Source: an uncultured virus (IMG/VR IMGVR_UViG_3300009784_000011) (Duplodnaviria > Heunggongvirae > Uroviricota > Caudoviricetes). From it: a DNA stretch of 64,000 nt. Both the position numbers and the translations under genes were made by a program. Shown here piece after piece: positions 36,653 to 48,100 of the stretch. A model generated the notes under the pieces. That model was not told the DNA's origin. It saw nothing but the letters and a program-made list of their open reading frames with translations, and did no database searches. Position 1 is the first letter of the stretch. Every line of letters starts with the position of its first letter. The stretch covers positions 1-64,000 of the IMG/VR virus record IMGVR_UViG_3300009784_000011; one strand, given 5' to 3'.

Positions 36653-37756
36653 ATGACCGCCGCCTCGCCCGCCCTGCTCCCCTCCCCGCTGTTCCCGGGG
36701 AGCACGACCGCCGCCTACGTGCTGCCCGAGCTCGACGTGGGCAGCGATTTCGGGGCCCTGCCGCTCACGCTGCGCGGCATGGAGACGCGGTGCGTCTACA
36801 TCTCCCCGGCTGGCGATCTGTTCAACCTGACGGGCCCGATGGCCGGTCTGGAGGGCGTGCGGATCATCACCCAGCTCACCGGCGACCAGTCCTGGCCGAT
36901 CGAGCAGGTGCTCACCCGCTCGCCCTACATCATGGGAGCGCGGATCAACCGCACCAACGTGGGCGAACGGCACTTCCAGGCCGGGATCATGATCGGCAGC
37001 CACTCCCCGCCGCTGACCGAGTACCAGTACCGGATGGCCAACAACCACTGGTGGGCCAGCCAGGACGAGAACAACGACGGCTGGTTCGGCATGTATACCC
37101 GGTTCTCGGGATGGCGCTGGATTCCGCTGCGCATCTTCCAGACAATCAAGACCCCGCAGCGCATCGACCCGACTGCCTTCGGCAACAACGCCGCGGCCTG
37201 GGACATCAGCTGGATCGCCCAGCGGCCGTGGTTCACCAAGGTCGCGCTCTACGACAGCTTCCAGGCCAGCATGGTCACCACCCCCACACTGGCCCCAGCC
37301 GGTTCCATCTCGGGCACGCCCGAGGAAGCCGAGTATTACTGGGGCACCGTGGTGCTGGCCAACCGCGGCGATCTGCCCAGTTGCGCGCAGTTCTTCATCA
37401 CCAGCCCCGGCCAGGCCATCGTGCAGGACAACGACTCGCAGCGGCTGGTGGTGCTGCCGCTGACCACGACCAACGTCGGCACTTACATGTGCGACACGGC
37501 TCCCGGCGTGCGGACGCTGACCGCGGCCAATGACCCGTCCGACAACCTGCTGTTCGACTTCATCCGGCAGTCCACCATCCTGGACTTCTTCCTGGGCGGT
37601 ATCGCCAATGAGGGACTGCCGCTGGCGATGCAGTTCCAGAACCGCTTCATCTACCAGGTGCCACCGCAGACGGTGTGTTCGTTCACCGTGGGCCACTCCA
37701 ATCCCGGCGGCGTCATCACGGTGCTGATGCCCCAGATGTATAAGCGCGGCACATGA
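36653..37756 (+). CDS. minor tail protein (distal tail/Dit position)
   Basis: First gene after tape measure; YISPAGDLFNLTG, GWRWIPLR, NRGDLP motifs. Confidence 0.75.
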   Translation: MTAASPALLPSPLFPGSTTAAYVLPELDVGSDFGALPLTLRGMETRCVYISPAGDLFNLTGPMAGLEGVRIITQLTGDQSWPIEQVLTRSPYIMGARINRTNVGERHFQAGIMIGSHSPPLTEYQYRMANNHWWASQDENNDGWFGMYTRFSGWRWIPLRIFQTIKTPQRIDPTAFGNNAAAWDISWIAQRPWFTKVALYDSFQASMVTTPTLAPAGSISGTPEEAEYYWGTVVLANRGDLPSCAQFFITSPGQAIVQDNDSQRLVVLPLTTTNVGTYMCDTAPGVRTLTAANDPSDNLLFDFIRQSTILDFFLGGIANEGLPLAMQFQNRFIYQVPPQTVCSFTVGHSNPGGVITVLMPQMYKRGT

Positions 37757-39744
37757 CCACCGGCACCGGCGTCACCAGCACGGGTCTGGCCGGCCCGCTC
37801 ATCGGCAGCCTGCAGCAGCTGGTGGGCAACTTGCGCATCCCGGCGATCCAGTTCAACACCTGGGTCGACTCCCTGCTCAACCTGCCGGAACCGGGCGTGC
37901 CCGACCCGCTGACTTCACCGGCCAGCTGTGCCACCTACCTGTCGGCGCTGCGCCAGGTCACCGTCGAGTCGGGCTATCAGCGTCCGCTGATCCGCATCAC
38001 TGACGGCAACCTCGAGGTGATGACCGAGCTGGAAGGCGAGATCAGCTGCTCGATGCAGGACTTGAGCGCCGACACCGGGATGGTCAACCTCAAGATCAAC
38101 TTCGACAACTGGCTGGTCGACTGGATGACCAACCAGACCATGCCGGTCGAGGATCTCAACCTGCTGATCGACCCGATCGCGAGTAACCCAGACTGGAGAA
38201 CCCGCTGGGGCGGCAAGATCACCATGCTCGACGTCAAGCAGGACGACAAGGGCGTGCACAGCATCGAGATCAAGGCGATGCACTTCCGCGAGCACGCGAA
38301 ACATCTCCTGGTCGCCGCCAACCCGATCTTCCCGCCGGAGATCCAGCTTCCCCGGATGTGGGTGCTGCCCGGCCCGATGCGGACCATCGGCTTCATCACT
38401 GCGTTCGTCAACCTGGCGCGGCTGTTCATGCCGGGGTGGTCGACGATCACCAACATCGCCAACCCGGCCGGCTGGATCAACCCAGTCAGCCCTGATGCGG
38501 CCCTGAACGTGCTACCGACCTACTGGCCGATCCAGCCCGCGTTCGTGGATGTGGTGACCGATCAGTCCCGGTGGACCTCGATGGGCGCCAACTGGCAGAA
38601 CTGGCACGAGGCGTTCAAGGGGATGCTCACCGACGCGGGCTGCCAGATGCGCTTCTACACCTACCTGACCACCGACAAGGACAGCCCGAACGTGGAGCTG
38701 GCCTCGATCCTGGACCTGGCACCCGACCTGCTCTCGCTGATGGGCATCGACACCGGCAACCTCGCTGTCGACCTCACCGAGATCGCCGCCCCACAGCGCA
38801 ACGCGATCTGTGTGGCCTTCGAGAACATCTCTGGTGTCACCGGCCCGACCGGCACCGCGGTGGACGGCCTGATCAACACCGTGGCCGTCACACTGGACGA
38901 CCTGATCACGCCGTTCGCGATCGACCCCACCACCGGCAACGTGTTCGACCCGGCGCAGATCCTCAACGGCGAGCCGGTGGAATCGGCGACCGGGCTGGGC
39001 CAGACCTACCTGTTCGAGCAGCTGCTCGGGGTGGCGCCGGCGCCGCCCCAGGTGATCTGGTGGGACGGCTACTGGAACGGTCTGATGGAGACCGAGCTCA
39101 TCTGGAACAAGGGTGGCGTCAAGACCATCATGACTGGGGGCAAATCGCCCACGCTGGTCAACTCCGCCATCGACTTCTCGATAAAGTACGCGCTCGCCCA
39201 ACTATCGGCCGTATTGGACGAATGGCTGGGCGTCGCGGATTTCTCCGGCGTCATTCAAACACCGGGCACTCCGGGTTTGGACAATCTCTACAATGGACAG
39301 CTCGACAACACAATTTTAGCCTGGGAACGCTATACCGATCCTTTGCGCGCTTTATACAGCGGGGACATGGCGTGGCAGGAGCACTTCGAAAAGGGCTCCG
39401 GTACGGCCTACGTGCTGGCCAGCATCCTCACGCTGCGACTGGGCGACTGGAATACCAACCCCTATGCGGCGTTCAAGGCCAAGACGATCGACGGCTATCC
39501 CTGGATCGCCAACGTCGATTATCACGTCGGTGATCGTGTCGGTTTTGAGCGCAACGGAATTATCTGGGTCGATAATGTCATGGGAATTACCCGGGAATGG
39601 GACTGGGAAAAGCCGCTCACCACCACGGTGAAGATCGGCGACGACAAGCGCAAGGGCGACCCGATCGCGGCCGCGTTTCACACGATGGAGAACCTCTACA
39701 CATTCGTGGGAACCCTGGCCGGACAGGGGACACTGTTCCAGTGA
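37753..39744 (+). CDS. minor tail protein (baseplate hub, Gp37-like)
   Basis: RPLIRITDGN, TRWGGKI, NPIFPPEIQLPR, DYHVGDRVGFE patterns of mycobacteriophage minor tail proteins. Confidence 0.8.
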   Translation: MTTGTGVTSTGLAGPLIGSLQQLVGNLRIPAIQFNTWVDSLLNLPEPGVPDPLTSPASCATYLSALRQVTVESGYQRPLIRITDGNLEVMTELEGEISCSMQDLSADTGMVNLKINFDNWLVDWMTNQTMPVEDLNLLIDPIASNPDWRTRWGGKITMLDVKQDDKGVHSIEIKAMHFREHAKHLLVAANPIFPPEIQLPRMWVLPGPMRTIGFITAFVNLARLFMPGWSTITNIANPAGWINPVSPDAALNVLPTYWPIQPAFVDVVTDQSRWTSMGANWQNWHEAFKGMLTDAGCQMRFYTYLTTDKDSPNVELASILDLAPDLLSLMGIDTGNLAVDLTEIAAPQRNAICVAFENISGVTGPTGTAVDGLINTVAVTLDDLITPFAIDPTTGNVFDPAQILNGEPVESATGLGQTYLFEQLLGVAPAPPQVIWWDGYWNGLMETELIWNKGGVKTIMTGGKSPTLVNSAIDFSIKYALAQLSAVLDEWLGVADFSGVIQTPGTPGLDNLYNGQLDNTILAWERYTDPLRALYSGDMAWQEHFEKGSGTAYVLASILTLRLGDWNTNPYAAFKAKTIDGYPWIANVDYHVGDRVGFERNGIIWVDNVMGITREWDWEKPLTTTVKIGDDKRKGDPIAAAFHTMENLYTFVGTLAGQGTLFQ

Positions 39745-40418
39745 CGACCTACAAAGAGCGCAATCCCCGGCGCCGCGGCAGCCAGCCCAACCGGGATTCC
39801 AAGTACGCCTTCCCCGGCTCGAACCCCTACGCCCGGTCCAGCCACGCGCCGTTGCTGGAGTTCGGCGAGTGGGGCGAGCTGACGCCCAAGACGATCCAGC
39901 AGGCCGGCCTGACCGGCGAAGCCCGCAAGCGCGCCCAGGAGCTGCTCAAGGTGCAGGCCGCCTACCTGGAGATTTACCAGGCGCTGGACTTCCCCAACGA
40001 TCCCGAGGGCAACGTATGCGATCTGTCTGGCGCGCACATGACCCAGCCCAAGATCGCGATCGCCTGGACGCTGGCCCTGCTGGGCTTTCGGCGCACTGGG
40101 CGCGGCTACATCAAGAAACGCCACTACGACGTGCCCGGCGTCTACGACAACGCCTACTACTACGTCGACTCGCGCGCACCCGACGAGGCGTTCGAGGAAC
40201 TGCGTCCCGAACACCGTTCTGGCGACTACAAGCTGCCACCGGACACCCGCCGGCTGGCCGCGATGCGCGACGGCGAGGAGCCCATGCAGTTCCCGCCGGG
40301 CTGGGCGGTCAAGCCCGAGGTCAACATCGAGTACATCGACCGCGACGAGTACCGCAAACGTTGCGCGACCGAGAACGCGGAGCGCCCGGAATCGGGCAGT
40401 GAGGATGAGCAGTCATGA
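39741..40418 (+). CDS. tail-region protein (DUF2744-like)
   Basis: GTGA overlap; IAWTLALLGFRR...IKKR motif; synteny. Confidence 0.55.
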   Translation: MTTYKERNPRRRGSQPNRDSKYAFPGSNPYARSSHAPLLEFGEWGELTPKTIQQAGLTGEARKRAQELLKVQAAYLEIYQALDFPNDPEGNVCDLSGAHMTQPKIAIAWTLALLGFRRTGRGYIKKRHYDVPGVYDNAYYYVDSRAPDEAFEELRPEHRSGDYKLPPDTRRLAAMRDGEEPMQFPPGWAVKPEVNIEYIDRDEYRKRCATENAERPESGSEDEQS

Positions 40419-41650
40419 CCAGCACCCTGATCAACATCCCCGCCGCCACCACCTACGCGCCGGCCAGCAACCAGACCTCGACGGTCCCGCAGATCGGCTC
40501 GATCCTCTACATGGCCAGCTACCTGTTCCAGCTGGCGCTCTCGAGCGAGATCACCCCGCCCGACACGCCGAACATGTACTCGGGGCGCCTGGAGATCATG
40601 GGCGATCCCGGCGCGATCGACCTGTCGCCGCTGATGGGCCCGCAAGGATTTCCCGGCGATGCTTCATTCGCGCTCAGGCGCCAGGACACCCCGGTGGTCA
40701 ACAGCATCGACGAGCTGCCGACCAACCTCACCGACACCACTACCGACATCGGCAAGTATTGGCAGATCGCCACCATCACGGGCGGCGTGATCACCGCCGT
40801 GTGGTCCTACGTCTGGTACGGCGACTCCTGGCGGGTGCTGCAGATCGGCACCTTCGGCCCTCCCGGTCCCACCCCGGAGATTTCGGTGGCGTGTGAGGCC
40901 ATCCCGCCACAGAAGCTGCCGACTTACCCCGACACCACCAGCATCGTGCAGACCAGCGGGGATGCCCTGGACCCGTCGTGGATCTTCCAGCTGGCGGTCC
41001 CGGCCGGCCCACCCGGTCCGGTCGCCGCGGTGGCGACGTTCCCCGACGTGGACGAGACCAACATCGCCGTGATGGACGTGCTGGCGTTCTCCGGGCATTA
41101 CACCGACCAGGCCAAGCCGATCTTCAAGCCGTTCTCACTGACCGGCTACGCCTGCCAGTTCTACAGCGTGCCGCAGTCGATCTTCCAGTCCTACTCCGGG
41201 TTTGCCCAGCAGGCGTTCATCGGCAGCTACGCGCTGCCGCCGCAGAACTTCGAGTGGACGCCGATCGTGTGGGGCCACATCGGGGAGGGCGGCGCGATGC
41301 TGTCCACCAGCCCGTTCACCGTGGGCTGCCAGGTGCTGCTGGGCTCTGACACGATGAACACCGGCTCGAACCCCAACGCTGGCCAGCTCATCGCCCGCGG
41401 CATCGGCAACACGCTGGGCGAGGTCAACATCGTCCCGCACTACAGCTACTCCCCCTACACCGGCACCACGCTGACGCCCGAGAACGGCGTGGCGGTCGTT
41501 CCCGCTCAACACACCGGGGACGAGGGCACGATTTTTCTCAACCTTTGGAACGATGGTTTATATGGCGCCTACAACTTCCAGCCGACCAACGCGCAGCTAT
41601 TTGTGCTGGTGGTGCCCGTCGATCTGGCTGCCAGCATCCAGCCGTGGTGA
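40415..41650 (+). CDS. minor tail protein
   Basis: GPQGFPG and GPPGP short motifs, WTPIVWGHIG; paralog of 43355-45157. Confidence 0.7.
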   Translation: MTSTLINIPAATTYAPASNQTSTVPQIGSILYMASYLFQLALSSEITPPDTPNMYSGRLEIMGDPGAIDLSPLMGPQGFPGDASFALRRQDTPVVNSIDELPTNLTDTTTDIGKYWQIATITGGVITAVWSYVWYGDSWRVLQIGTFGPPGPTPEISVACEAIPPQKLPTYPDTTSIVQTSGDALDPSWIFQLAVPAGPPGPVAAVATFPDVDETNIAVMDVLAFSGHYTDQAKPIFKPFSLTGYACQFYSVPQSIFQSYSGFAQQAFIGSYALPPQNFEWTPIVWGHIGEGGAMLSTSPFTVGCQVLLGSDTMNTGSNPNAGQLIARGIGNTLGEVNIVPHYSYSPYTGTTLTPENGVAVVPAQHTGDEGTIFLNLWNDGLYGAYNFQPTNAQLFVLVVPVDLAASIQPW

Positions 41651-41656
41651 GCACTG

Positions 41657-42070
41657 ATGGCTAACGAACCGACGATCACCCAGCATGGCGACTGGCATTT
41701 GGTGCGGCTGGGCAACTGGGAGGTCAGCATCGCCCCGGACGGCCTGCTGATGCTGCCCCGGCACCTGCACCCGCGCGAGGTCCCCGAGTTCTGTGCGGCG
41801 ATCACCGCTGCTGCCGAGAAAGCGACGGAAGTCGTCTCCGGCAATGAGGAAGCCGCTGCCGCAGCTGTGCCGGCCAAGCCCACCCCGCGCGGGCGACGCC
41901 AGGCGATGGTTGCCAGTGGTGACCTGCCACCGGGTGCTCAGCGCCGAAACATTGTGGCACGCACGGAAACCGGCCGCGGGGCCATCGGGCGCAACCGGCC
42001 ACGCGATCTGCGCGAGCGCCGGGTCCCGCAGCCACCGGGACCGCCGGGGGTCACCAATGGCGGCAGATAA
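41657..42070 (+). CDS. hypothetical tail-region protein
   Basis: 137-aa ORF in operon. Confidence 0.6.
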   Translation: MANEPTITQHGDWHLVRLGNWEVSIAPDGLLMLPRHLHPREVPEFCAAITAAAEKATEVVSGNEEAAAAAVPAKPTPRGRRQAMVASGDLPPGAQRRNIVARTETGRGAIGRNRPRDLRERRVPQPPGPPGVTNGGR

Positions 42071-42431
42071 GCCGATGCGGCCCAAGAGCCCGCCGGTCCG
42101 GGTGGAAGTCCGTATCGGCGGCAAACTGCGGTTCGCCAACGACGTCTACGAACCGAGCCTTGTCAACGATGAGTTGACGGTCCTGCTCACCGCAGCCCTC
42201 AAGCCCACGATGGTGCCCGTGCAGGAGGCACCGGCGGGTAGCCAGCGTGATGAGTTCGCCGCCGACCCGCGCAACGGCACGCAGATTCTCATGCAGATCC
42301 ACAACGGCGTGCGGGAGGCCCCTGCGCCACCGCCTACGCCGACACCTGTCCCGCCCGAATCCGGGCAGACCGCCGCACCCTTGCCGGGACGGCGACCGAG
42401 CACGGCCAAGCGCACCAGGAGGAAACGATGA
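42057..42431 (+). CDS. hypothetical tail-region protein
   Basis: MAADKPMRPK...; ATGA overlap with next gene. Confidence 0.6.
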   Translation: MAADKPMRPKSPPVRVEVRIGGKLRFANDVYEPSLVNDELTVLLTAALKPTMVPVQEAPAGSQRDEFAADPRNGTQILMQIHNGVREAPAPPPTPTPVPPESGQTAAPLPGRRPSTAKRTRRKR

Positions 42432-43354
42432 CCACCCCGGTCGGGCAGTCCCTGACCTACTTCCCGGTCACCGGCGACTACCAGAGTGTCAACGCCCCAC
42501 TGCCCCAGTCCACCACCAGTGCGCCGATCATGGGCCCGATCCAGGGACTGGTCACCTTCACCCCCCGCGTGCCGGCCGGGTGGGTCGCCTACGTCGCCGA
42601 CTACCAGATCAGCCAGGACTCCAACAACACCCAGACGGTCCAGATCATCGGCGCGATCACCGGCGGTGCCTGGACGCTGGGTTTTCAGGGCGTGTGGACC
42701 GCGCCCATCGCCGCGGGTGCCACCGCCGCCGAGGTGCAGGCCGCCCTGGGCGCGCTGGAAACGGTCGGCACGCCGAACGTGACGGTCACGGGCAATGACG
42801 GCGGTCCCTACACGGTGGAGTTCGTCGGCACGCTGGCCAACCAGCCGTTGCCGCAGTTACTGTCCAGCGTGGGCACCCCGGCCACCGGTGGGCTGACCGT
42901 GTCGTCGGGGTCGCCCTACATCACCGTGGTGATGCTGCAACCCGGCTCGGTGAGCCGGGTGGCGCCATGCGCTATCGCGATCCCGCCGCTGGTGGCGCGC
43001 ATCTGGACCACCGGAGAGCTCAGCGCGATCAACGTGGCCGACTCCGCGGGCGTCGAGCTGGTCGCCAACACCGAAGTGCTCGACCTGACCTACGACCTGA
43101 TCTATGACGTCACGTTCAACAGCATCACCTACGCGGGCCAGCCGCAGTCGCTGGCGCCGTTCGCGTTCATCGCGCCCACTGACGGGACGCCGGTCTGCCT
43201 GACCGACCCCAACCTGGCGCGGATCGGCTTCGTCGGCCCGCTGGCCACCACCTGGTTCCCCGGTTGGACTCCGAGCCCGACCATCACCGGCGCGACTATC
43301 ACGCCGCTGACCGTGGTGTCGGTCGGCGCCGGAGTGTCCTCTGTGGTGGCCTAA
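42428..43354 (+). CDS. minor tail protein
   Basis: Beta-rich; TAPIAAGATAAEVQAALGAL...VTVTG..GGPYTVEF module common in actinophage virion proteins. Confidence 0.7.
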   Translation: MTTPVGQSLTYFPVTGDYQSVNAPLPQSTTSAPIMGPIQGLVTFTPRVPAGWVAYVADYQISQDSNNTQTVQIIGAITGGAWTLGFQGVWTAPIAAGATAAEVQAALGALETVGTPNVTVTGNDGGPYTVEFVGTLANQPLPQLLSSVGTPATGGLTVSSGSPYITVVMLQPGSVSRVAPCAIAIPPLVARIWTTGELSAINVADSAGVELVANTEVLDLTYDLIYDVTFNSITYAGQPQSLAPFAFIAPTDGTPVCLTDPNLARIGFVGPLATTWFPGWTPSPTITGATITPLTVVSVGAGVSSVVA

Positions 43355-45157
43355 ATGACCAGTGCCACCACCACCACAACGACGTCGGCGATCGCCGCGG
43401 TCGGCGATACCAGTTTCCTGGCGAACTACCTGATCAACGCGCGGCTGTACGCGGTGGTGGTGCCACCGGGAGCCGAGCAGGAGTTCGTGGCGACCTTCGA
43501 GGTCAACGGCAGCCAGGGCACGCTGACGATGGCGGCGATGATCGGCCCGCAGGGTCCCAAGGGCATCGACATGTTCGCCCTCTACCTGCAGACCGACGAC
43601 ATCGAGACACCGGCCGACCTGCCGACCACCCTGCAGGACACGGTGGCTGACCAGGGCAAGTTCTGGGTCTTCGACGACGTGGACAACCTGGGCAACATCA
43701 TCGGCTCCTCGGGTTACATCTGGTTCGGTACGGGCTGGCGCCGGATCATGATGGGCACCCCCGGTCCTCCCGGGGTTGTGCCGGTGATCACCCCCAGTGT
43801 GGCGCTCGTGCCACCCACCGAGGACTCCGAGGTCATCCCCGGCGGCACGGCGGCGTTCCCCACGATGGAATTCGACCTGGCCGCACCGGCGGGCCCACAG
43901 GGACCGGGCGCCGCGCTCGCGGTGGCACCCGACGTGGACCTGACCACTAACCCGCCAGTCGTGGGTGACGTGCTGGGCTGGACCGGCGCGTACACCACCG
44001 ACACCGCACTGATGAGTCCCACCAGCCTGACCGCGGTGCTCACCAGCGCCGGCTCGCTGGTGGCCGGCAGCTACAGCTATGTGGTCACCGCCGTCAACAG
44101 CTCGGGAGAGTCCACCCCGTCCAATGAGGTGAGCGTCACCCCGGCCTCGACCGGCGCGGTGGGACTGGCCTGGTCGACCGTGGTCGGCGCGACCAGCTAC
44201 AACGTCTATCGCGGGAACACCGCCGGCGGCGAGAACCTCAACCTGGCCAGCGTCACCACCCCGGCCTACACCGACGACGGCACGGCCACCGGCACGGCGG
44301 CCACGCCGCCCACGGTGAACAGCGCGACCACCCAGTACCCGATCTGGGTTCCGGTCAACGTCAGTGAGCTGATCCCCGCTCCCTTCTCCATGCCGGAGAA
44401 CGCCTTCTCCAGCTACACCGGGCTTTCCCAGCGCGCACCGATCGGCTCGTTCGCGCTGCCCGCGCAGCCCTATGCCTGGACCCCGATCGTGTGGGGCCAC
44501 ATCGGCGCGTTCGGCATCGAGCTCTCGGCCAACCCGCTGATGATCGGCTGCGAGGTGCTGCTCGGCGACACCACCACGGGCCAGCTGGTGGGCCGTGGCT
44601 TCGGCAACACGCTCGGTGAAGTCAACGTGATGCCGCACTACTCCACGCCGTCCATCCCGGCGCAGGCGATCAGCCCGACCAACGACCTGGCCGTGGTCCC
44701 GGCCAACCACACCAACCCGGCCCAAGGGACGGTCTACGTCAACCTCTACAACGACGGCGACATCGGGATCTATATGTTTTCCCCCACCGACGCCCAGCTG
44801 TTCGTCATGGTCATCCCCGTCGACCCGGCACCGACCACCGGCTCGGGCGGCTCGGGAACCACCGGCGCGCCGACAGCCACCCCCAGCCTGCTGACCTCCA
44901 TCGAAACCCTGCTCAGTGGCCTGCTGACGCTGGACCCGACCACCATCTCGGCCGACCTTTCCACCGTGATCTCCACCCTGCAGGGCTTCCTGGGCGGCGC
45001 GGTCGCCAACATCACCACGATCCCGACCACCATCGTGACCTCGATCCAGTCGGCATTGAGCGGCGTGACGAGCCTGTTCGACCCGACCACCATCACCACC
45101 GACCTTGCGGGCGCGGTGACTACGGTGCAGAACTTCCTCACCAGCATCGGCTTATAG
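43355..45157 (+). CDS. minor tail protein with FN3-like insert
   Basis: Paralog of 40415-41650; YSYVVTAVNSSGESTPSNEV...WSTVVGATSYNVYRG FN3-like segment; amphipathic C-terminal repeats. Confidence 0.75.
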   Translation: MTSATTTTTTSAIAAVGDTSFLANYLINARLYAVVVPPGAEQEFVATFEVNGSQGTLTMAAMIGPQGPKGIDMFALYLQTDDIETPADLPTTLQDTVADQGKFWVFDDVDNLGNIIGSSGYIWFGTGWRRIMMGTPGPPGVVPVITPSVALVPPTEDSEVIPGGTAAFPTMEFDLAAPAGPQGPGAALAVAPDVDLTTNPPVVGDVLGWTGAYTTDTALMSPTSLTAVLTSAGSLVAGSYSYVVTAVNSSGESTPSNEVSVTPASTGAVGLAWSTVVGATSYNVYRGNTAGGENLNLASVTTPAYTDDGTATGTAATPPTVNSATTQYPIWVPVNVSELIPAPFSMPENAFSSYTGLSQRAPIGSFALPAQPYAWTPIVWGHIGAFGIELSANPLMIGCEVLLGDTTTGQLVGRGFGNTLGEVNVMPHYSTPSIPAQAISPTNDLAVVPANHTNPAQGTVYVNLYNDGDIGIYMFSPTDAQLFVMVIPVDPAPTTGSGGSGTTGAPTATPSLLTSIETLLSGLLTLDPTTISADLSTVISTLQGFLGGAVANITTIPTTIVTSIQSALSGVTSLFDPTTITTDLAGAVTTVQNFLTSIGL

Positions 45158-45167
45158 GCAGCTGGTC

Positions 45168-48100
45168 TTGGCTGGGGCGATCGACCTCTACGCCGGCAGT
45201 CCCTCGATTGCCGGCTCCAACCTGTTCCAGATCGACCACAACCCGCTGGATCAGCTCGACCAGGGCATCCAGGACGTCATCGGGCAGGGCTCCTCGGGGC
45301 TGGGCGCCAACATCCTGACGGCGATCGAAACCGTGGCCCAGGCGATCATCGACACCATCCTGGGCCTGCCGATCGACACGCCACTGAACTTCTCCACCGA
45401 CGTCAACGCCGCGCTGGGGATGCTGGGCAGCTTCATCGACAACCTGCTCACCTTCCTGGGCGATCTCAACCCGCTGGACCCGAACTTCCTGTCCAACATG
45501 GAGCAGTACGCTGCGCAGTTCATCGAGTCCATCCTGGCGCCCACCGGCATCTTCGATCTGGCCCAGCAGATCATCGACGCGCTGACCGGCGAGAGCAACT
45601 CCTCGATCTCTGGCCTGCTCACCTGGCTCGACGGCTTCTACAACGCGCTGACCGGCGGCGCGTCCTCGACGCTGGCCGGCGTGGAGAGCTTCTTTACCAA
45701 CCTGCTCTCACTGTTCGGGCTGTCCGGCTCGGCGCTGACCGCCTCGGGCTTTGATCCGTTGACGGCGATCGAAACCTTCATCACCGACATCCTGGCGCCC
45801 AACGGACTAACCACCCTGATCACGAACCTGATCGGCAGCATCAGCACCGACCTGGGTGCGGTATGGGCGGCGATCACCGGGATCGCCGGGGCGACGGTCA
45901 CCGACGTTCAGACCCTGTTCTCCAACCTGGCGTCGCTGTTCGGCATCGACCTGTCCAGCCTGAGCAGCGGCACCTTCGATCCGCTCACGGCGATCGAGAA
46001 CTTCATCACCAACATCCTGCAACCGAACGGCCTGACCGACTGGATCACCAACCTGCTCTCGGGGCTCGGGATCAGCGCCAGTGGTATCAGCGCGACCGTG
46101 CTGACGGACTTAGAAAGCATCATCGGTGACATCGGCTCGCTTTTGACCGGCGCGAACGTACCGGCGCTGCAGACCGTGATCGACGACTTGCAGTCCGTGA
46201 TCGACGCGCTCACCGGCGGGACCGGTGTGATCGCCGACATCACGACCACGATCACGGATGCGATCAGCAGCGCGGCGTCCCTGGCCCAGGGCATCATCGA
46301 CACGCTGACCGGCAGTGCAGCAGGCACCGGCACACTCGGTGATCTGGTCACGTCGGTGCAGAGCATGGTCAGCAATGCCGTCAGCAGCGCCGTGAGCACC
46401 CTGACATCGCTGGTCCAGGGCGTCATCGACACGCTGACCGGAGCTGCCTCGGGCACCGGGACACTGGCCGACCTACAAACCTGGCTGGCCAACCTGCTCT
46501 CGATGTTCGGGGTCAACCTGACCGACCTGACCAGCGGCACGTTCGACCCGCTGACCACGATCGAGAACTTCATCACGAACATCCTGGCGCCCAACGGGCT
46601 CTCGACCATGCTCGACAACCTGCTGTCCTCGCTGGGCATCTCGAGTAGCGGCATCAGCGCCACCGTGCTCACCGACCTGTCGTCCATCGCCAACGAGATC
46701 GGGTCGCTGCTAGGGATCTCCAACATCCCCGATCTGCAAACGCTGGTAGACACCCTGACCGGCGGCTCGGGATCGGCGATCAGTGCCGTCGCCAGCATCC
46801 CGGCCGCGATCGGCGGGGTGATCGACACTCTGATGCAGGGCTGGGGCGCCACCGGCTCGGGCTACACGCTGGCCGACCTGCTCAACGCGGCGATGAGCAT
46901 CCCGTCGCAGGCCGTGGCCGGCGTGCTGGGCGGCACCAACATCGGCACCGCGATCGAGGGTGTCATCGACTCGGCCGTGCAGGCGCTGTCCAACGACGCC
47001 ACGTCGGCCGGCAACGGCCTGTCGGTGTTCACCAACCTGCTCAACGACCTGTCCAACATGCTCGGGTTCAACTCGACCGGCGCGGCACCGGCGGGCTCGC
47101 TGACCGCGATCGCGCAGACCAACTCCGAGTTCATCAACCAGCAGTCGGTGACTCAGCCGCTGTCGGCCAACGTGGACCCGACCACCGACGCGGTGTTCCC
47201 GCTGTCCAACCTCGCCAGCCTGGGAACTCCGGCCTCACTGCCGCTGGTCGCACTCACCGCCGCCAACAGCGTCGTCGGGTTCATCTCCACGGTGTACGGC
47301 GGCGTCAAGGAATCCATCGACTGGATCGGCTACCCGCAAGGCGGCAGCATCGCCGGGATGACCGGGCTCTACCTCAACATCTGGTCGATCAACACCACCA
47401 CCGGCGTTCCCACGCTGGTGTGGCAGACGCCCGCCAGCATCCTCAACCAAGTCTCCATCGACACCAAGCCGGACTGGAACGCGCTGAACCTGCCGACCGC
47501 CAACTTCATCAGCTCGGTGCAGGGCGCGATCTACGCCGTCGAGATGGTGCTGACCGGATCAGGGCAGTACAACGTGGTCGGGATGGCCAACGCGATCCCG
47601 GCCAAGACCGGCGTCATCCCGGCGATGATCGGTGCGCAGCGTGGTGGCGCGACGGCCACCGCGCCTAACAGTCTGCCGGTCATCGGCACCGCGCCCAGCT
47701 TTGTCTACGACGCCTCGACCCCGTGGTTCGGGATGAGCGGCACGGCAGGCCAGACCCAGTACGTGCCCAACCTGGTGCAGCTGTCCACACCGGCCGGGCC
47801 CACCTCGATGGTCAACCCCGCGGTGAGCAACGGATGGGCGAACTACTTCGACATCGTGGTCTGCGGTGCCGGTGGCGGCGGGTCCTCCGGCGGCCTGGTT
47901 ACCGGAGGCGACGGCGGCTCGGCGGGCCTGTGGGCGGCGGCGACGTTCACCAGGGCCCAGATGGGCACGGCCAACATCACCGTGCAGGTGGGCGCCGGCG
48001 GTGCGGGTGGTCAGGGGCCCGGTCAGAACGGGGGCAGTGCGGGCACAGCGAGCTACGTCAGCGTGCCAGGACAGGCCACCATCACCGGCGCGGGCGGCGC

